Shown in pieces: positions 60,308-64,000 of a DNA stretch of 64,000 nt. Origin of the DNA: a bacterium. Lineage in GTDB: Bacteria; UBA8248. Under the pieces are notes generated by a model. The model was not told where the DNA came from. It saw only the letters and a program-made list of their open reading frames with translations, and searched no databases. The DNA is taken from the NCBI GenBank assembly GCA_965200245.1, contig CBDATS010000004.1:64001-128000 (forward strand). Reading direction: 5' to 3'. Positions within the stretch are counted from its first letter, which is position 1; every line of letters begins with the position of its first letter. A program made the translations under genes and the position numbers.

Positions 60308-61489
60308 TTACCAATCACTCTGTTCTGACGCTTTGTGGTGATCCGGCATCCTGTAACTTATTCCTCCCGTGTCGTGCATGGTAGCGTCGAAAAGTTGGAA
60401 AAACGCGTCTTTCTGAGTTAGTTGGGAGCCTTTCAATAGTTTGACAAGGGATTCCCTGAACTTGTAGTAGGTCAGAACCAGGAACCTGCTTCTCACGGTG
60501 TTCGGATATTGAAATTTGTCGGCGAGTTCGTTGCCTATGAGCGCTCGCGAAAGGCGGTAAGCGTACCTTGCCAAGGATTCTTTGGCGGCTTCGTCCTCCA
60601 GGCCCGACATTACAGGGATGGCCTTGAATACTGAGTTCGCGACGGCAATCGCATCAGCGTCCGGTGGCGGTTCGCATTTGCAAGCGGTTTTATAAAGTTC
60701 CTTCGCCTCTTGTTCATTTGTGAAGAGAATGGTTTCGGGAACTCCCAGCAGATAGCCGGCGTAGCGCCAAATACGGACGATGCTATCTCTTTCTTCCTGG
60801 GTGATGCTCGAACCCATCGCTACCGCGTGTTCGAATTGGCGTACAGAAAACGTATATAAAGCAACTCCACCTATGTGTGCCGCGCTGAGCGGCGTTCCCC
60901 AAGCTTCGTGGTCCCATTCGTCAGACTTCGCCAGCAGATTCCTGATCCGGGCATGGATGCAGCGAATGCGCATAGATATCTTCCATCCGTCGCCTTGTCT
61001 CTTCAAACCATTAGGATAATATATTTCGAGCATGTGGCGATTATTCTGCCTAAGGCGTCTGATAGCTCCTGGCCCTAAGCCAGGCACACGCCCAGTAATG
61101 AAGAAGGCTTTAGAGACAAGTGTCCCGAAGCCTTCGACCGCGCTACCGACGGCGTATGCGATAAGCATGTTGGTCATGTTATTGTAGAAGGCACGCATGC
61201 CCGGGCTGAATGCCTCGAAATCGACCCAGGAGGGCACGTCGGAATCGACTTTCTCGAAGAAATCGCGAAGAACCTTTGGCGCCTCGCGCAGGACGCCAAG
61301 GTGTTGTTCTATGCCAGCCTCGATAAACGCATGCAGGTCATAGGTAGACAAAGAGGAGAGTTCCTCCATAACCGGATCCAATTCGGCATCACCTATGGTG
61401 GTGTGCCGGATATAGTTGTCTACCACTTCCCGGTTAAGTAAATGAATATTCTTTTCGTAGGTTTCGGTATACACTGATGGTATTTTCAT
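60308..61489 (-). CDS. MpaB/rubber-oxygenase (DUF2236) family oxygenase
   Basis: PSWVD, RRLRQN, RIRCIHARIR, WGTPLS, WRYAGYLLGV. Confidence 0.85.
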   Translation of the reverse strand: MKIPSVYTETYEKNIHLLNREVVDNYIRHTTIGDAELDPVMEELSSLSTYDLHAFIEAGIEQHLGVLREAPKVLRDFFEKVDSDVPSWVDFEAFSPGMRAFYNNMTNMLIAYAVGSAVEGFGTLVSKAFFITGRVPGLGPGAIRRLRQNNRHMLEIYYPNGLKRQGDGWKISMRIRCIHARIRNLLAKSDEWDHEAWGTPLSAAHIGGVALYTFSVRQFEHAVAMGSSITQEERDSIVRIWRYAGYLLGVPETILFTNEQEAKELYKTACKCEPPPDADAIAVANSVFKAIPVMSGLEDEAAKESLARYAYRLSRALIGNELADKFQYPNTVRSRFLVLTYYKFRESLVKLLKGSQLTQKDAFFQLFDATMHDTGGISYRMPDHHKASEQSDW

Positions 61490-61595
61490 AGCTTATAATA
61501 CCCCTTGTACTCCTCTAATTCCCTGAGCATTAACGATCTTTACATATTTTCCACTAATTGTATAGTAATTTTTAAGACTTGTAGAATTTAAGTTT

Positions 61596-62360
61596 GTGGG
61601 CTTCGTGTGTCAGTTGGCGGACGAGTACCAAATCGATCAGGAGAACGAATTCGGGCTGCTTTGGGCGAAGGCATGGAATGGCAAGGGCGGGGTCGAACCG
61701 GAGACGGTTGGCTTTGGCGGTCCTCTTGCGGATGCCCTGCATCATCCGGCGGGGAGGCTGGCGGAGGCTGCATTGATCCGGTCGCAGAAATCTAGGCCCT
61801 CTAGAGGAGCAGGCATTCCCGGGGCGGTGCGGCGGTATTTTGATGCTATCGGTGTGGATCCGGGCGGGCACATGGGCCGCATGATGTTGGCGACACGGCT
61901 GCACTACCTCTTTGTGCTCGACCCTGCCTGGACTACGGAGCACTTGATTGCGCGCCTCAGACCCGGGAAGTCGCAAGAAGCAAGTAACCTATGGTCTGCT
62001 TACGGATGGTCGCCAAGACTCGGGCCCGACCTTCTGAGGGCATTCAAGGAGTCATTTCTCGAGATTCTGCGAGAGGAGAACCCAGACGACCGTAGGCCAG
62101 GCAATCTCAGGGGGCTGTTCGTGACAGCCTGTCTGGAAGCACCGGGAGAACTGACCGAGAAAGAGGTCCGCGGTGTCGTCAAGCAGTTACCGGAGGATGG
62201 TCTCAGAACGCTGCTCGAAAGTCTCAAGCAACGGCTCCAGGGAGAGGCTGTAGAGCGTGCGAAGATATGGAAGGAGAAGGTGTATCCTTGGCTTCGCGAC
62301 TTTTGGCCAAAGGAAGGAACTCGAAATACAGCGGGAACATCGGAAACAATTATCATTTCA
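61596..62360 (+). pseudogene. Internal/C-terminal fragment of a large SIR2-associated defence protein (Dsr1-like)
   Basis: HPAGRLAEA, GRMMLATRL..LF..DP.WT.EHL, W..Y.WSPRL, LPEDGL, IWKEKVYPWL..FWPK resemble, from recall, the C-terminal part of Dsr1-type sirtuins. No start context; ORF degenerates after about 62350. Confidence 0.55.
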
Positions 62361-62396
62361 TGGCGAAACCGGTCGTGCAAAACTGGATACCGGAGT

Positions 62397-63140
62397 CTAT
62401 CTTGCCTTCAGCCTTTCGGAAAATCCCCGAATCCGCCTGGCGTTCGCGCCAAAGTCGCCAACACCAAAGCGGGCCTTCGATCGAATGTCGAGGCGGGTCT
62501 CGCCGTTCCCCGACGTGACCCGTATGACGATGTCGTCGGTGAAGCCGTACCAGAAAGTCGTATCGTAGGCTTCGATGCGACCCGCGGTCGGTTTCGATGA
62601 CACAATCCGCCAGCCCATGGCGCGGGCAGTGTCCAGGGCGCGGTTGAAAACCTCTTCTTTCGATGCCTGGAAGATGAGTGGTTTCAGGTCCGGATATGCC
62701 TTTTCCTGAAGCCGCGCGATGCGCGCACCCTCGTAGTTCGCCGGGTTTCCTGCTCCTTTTCGCAGGGGGAGAAGGGCCTGAAAGGCCGGCGGATTCCGGG
62801 TATCCGTCGTGATGTCGCGAATATCGGGCACACGTCTCGCGATTTGCATTTGCGCATGAAAAAAACCCGCGACGGTGAAACCCAGGCATATGCCAAGGGC
62901 GGCGCAGACTGTCCTTGCTCTGGACGCGTCGCGCAGGGCGAACAGTCCGCCCGTCATCGAAATGACCACGGAGATCAGTGCGATGACGGCCGAGACCTTG
63001 AAAATCTGGAACCCCGTGCCGAAATGCCAAAGTCCACCACGATAGCCCAGCCCGGAAGCCGCGGCAGCCAGCACGCAAACGATCGATATGAGCAGACCCG
63101 CATACGGTAATGACGAGAGGGTGGTTGACCTGTCAGCCAT
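62397..63140 (-). CDS. DUF1499 domain membrane protein
   Basis: Three N-terminal TMs; DITTD...P.F, Q..AYPDL.P, GRIEA...T.WYGFTDD, DIRS..R.G.GD.GANARRI. Confidence 0.88.
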   Translation of the reverse strand: MADRSTTLSSLPYAGLLISIVCVLAAAASGLGYRGGLWHFGTGFQIFKVSAVIALISVVISMTGGLFALRDASRARTVCAALGICLGFTVAGFFHAQMQIARRVPDIRDITTDTRNPPAFQALLPLRKGAGNPANYEGARIARLQEKAYPDLKPLIFQASKEEVFNRALDTARAMGWRIVSSKPTAGRIEAYDTTFWYGFTDDIVIRVTSGNGETRLDIRSKARFGVGDFGANARRIRGFSERLKAR

Positions 63141-63417
63141 GAATTTTCCTTTTCAGCCTCTTAATGGCTGCCTGCAATTCCCCGGGACCTTCCGGGTATT
63201 GCTCCACATGCCCGCAGGCGTAGTTGATGGAATTGGCGAAGTTTCTGCAGGCCGTGGCTGCAATGATGTCGATGATGTTTTCCTCACTGAAACCGGCGTC
63301 CCTCAGACGCTCGATGTCCGTTTTTTCCATTTCATGGGGAGTGTGAGTGAATTTCCCTGCATAGTCGAGCATGACGCGGTCGGCGGAATCCGGGGAAATG
63401 GGTTGAATCCAGTTCAT
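63133..63417 (-). CDS. Short AhpD/CMD-like protein lacking the CxxC core (possibly internally deleted)
   Basis: MLDYA.K.T.TP......DIERLRDAGFSEE.I.DI......NF.N is the C-terminal half of peroxidase-related AhpD proteins. Confidence 0.6.
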   Translation of the reverse strand: MNWIQPISPDSADRVMLDYAGKFTHTPHEMEKTDIERLRDAGFSEENIIDIIAATACRNFANSINYACGHVEQYPEGPGELQAAIKRLKRKIHG

Positions 63418-63612
63418 GGCGGTCTCCTTCAGATATGGGAGAAGAGACTCTCAGGCATGGGAAAAATACGCAAGGGAGAAACCCGACAGGTCCGGATGTT
63501 TCTTCCTGCGGATGCACATGTTCTGCCGCATGGACTGCCGCCGTTGCCTGCCGTGGTGTGAATGTTTCATTATCTATATGGACGTTTCGCTTTCTGCATC
63601 ATGGAGGACACC

Positions 63613-64000
63613 ATGAGATTCGACCCAACGCTGATCGTCATCACCGACCGCATGATCCTGGCGCAGGCTTCCGGGTGGAAACTGCGGGATGCGGTCCGCG
63701 CGGCAGCGACGGGGGGAGCCACCATGATCCAGCTTCGGGAGAAGCACATGGGTGGCGTGGAGATGATTCGCCTGGCGGATGAACTGCGGGAGGCCCTGGA
63801 GGGAACCGGCTGCGCCCTGACGGTGAACGATCGCGTGGACGTCGCCATGGCCTGCGGCGCGGAAGGGGTGCACCTGGGGCAGGGGGACTTTCCGCTTCCG
63901 CGAGCCAGGGCGATTGCGGGAGACGCGCTGTTTTACGGCGTGACGGCCGGAAAACCCGAATGGGCGTCGCGGGCCGCCGCCGAGAATGCGGACTATATCG
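63613..64000 (+). CDS. thiE: Thiamine-phosphate synthase (partial, runs off window)
   Basis: VITD, GGATMIQLREK, VNDRVDVA, GVHLGQGD, ADYI; RBS GGAGG. Confidence 0.9.
   Translation, partial: MRFDPTLIVITDRMILAQASGWKLRDAVRAAATGGATMIQLREKHMGGVEMIRLADELREALEGTGCALTVNDRVDVAMACGAEGVHLGQGDFPLPRARAIAGDALFYGVTAGKPEWASRAAAENADYI

Noticed and set aside
63418-63612. TPP riboswitch upstream of thiE
   Set aside because: Could not find the conserved CUGAGA...ACCUG...AGCGUAGGGA arrangement on the coding strand.
1-64000. CRISPR array, rRNA, intact transposase/integrase or prophage genes
   Set aside because: No regularly spaced short repeats, rRNA-like sequence or DDE/tyrosine-recombinase/phage ORFs were recognised.

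Overview
GC-rich bacterial chromosome segment with gene content typical of a marine or sponge-associated heterotroph (taxonomy is inferred, not verified). It starts with tRNA-Leu(TAA), an LVIVD propeller gene, an amber-interrupted aldo/keto reductase and a form II coxSLM-like Mo-hydroxylase. Next come a dpp/opp ABC transporter, acyl-CoA genes and a ~17 kb minus-strand catabolic operon: CoA transferase, M20 deacylase, LLM, two CysK paralogs, LIV-type ABC transporter, an AhpD/CMD protein with in-frame CxxU TGA (probable selenoprotein), XDH-family enzyme and SdhA/NadB-like flavoprotein. Its divergent LysR regulator is frameshifted. A second catabolic cluster (TAXI-TRAP, M24, cyclase, 2 UbiD, 2 LLM), a decayed defence/TA region and an MMPL/LolA-like/MpaB lipid cluster follow. 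Most notable: a 692-bp transposase-free cassette with ~43-bp imperfect terminal inverted repeats, present as two copies identical by eye (one with a perfect 8-bp target-site duplication) plus a diverged third relative. Its only cargo is an NHLP (proteusin-type) RiPP precursor with a very short YY-initiated core, so it looks like a mobile, MITE/MIC-like RiPP-precursor cassette with no maturation genes nearby.
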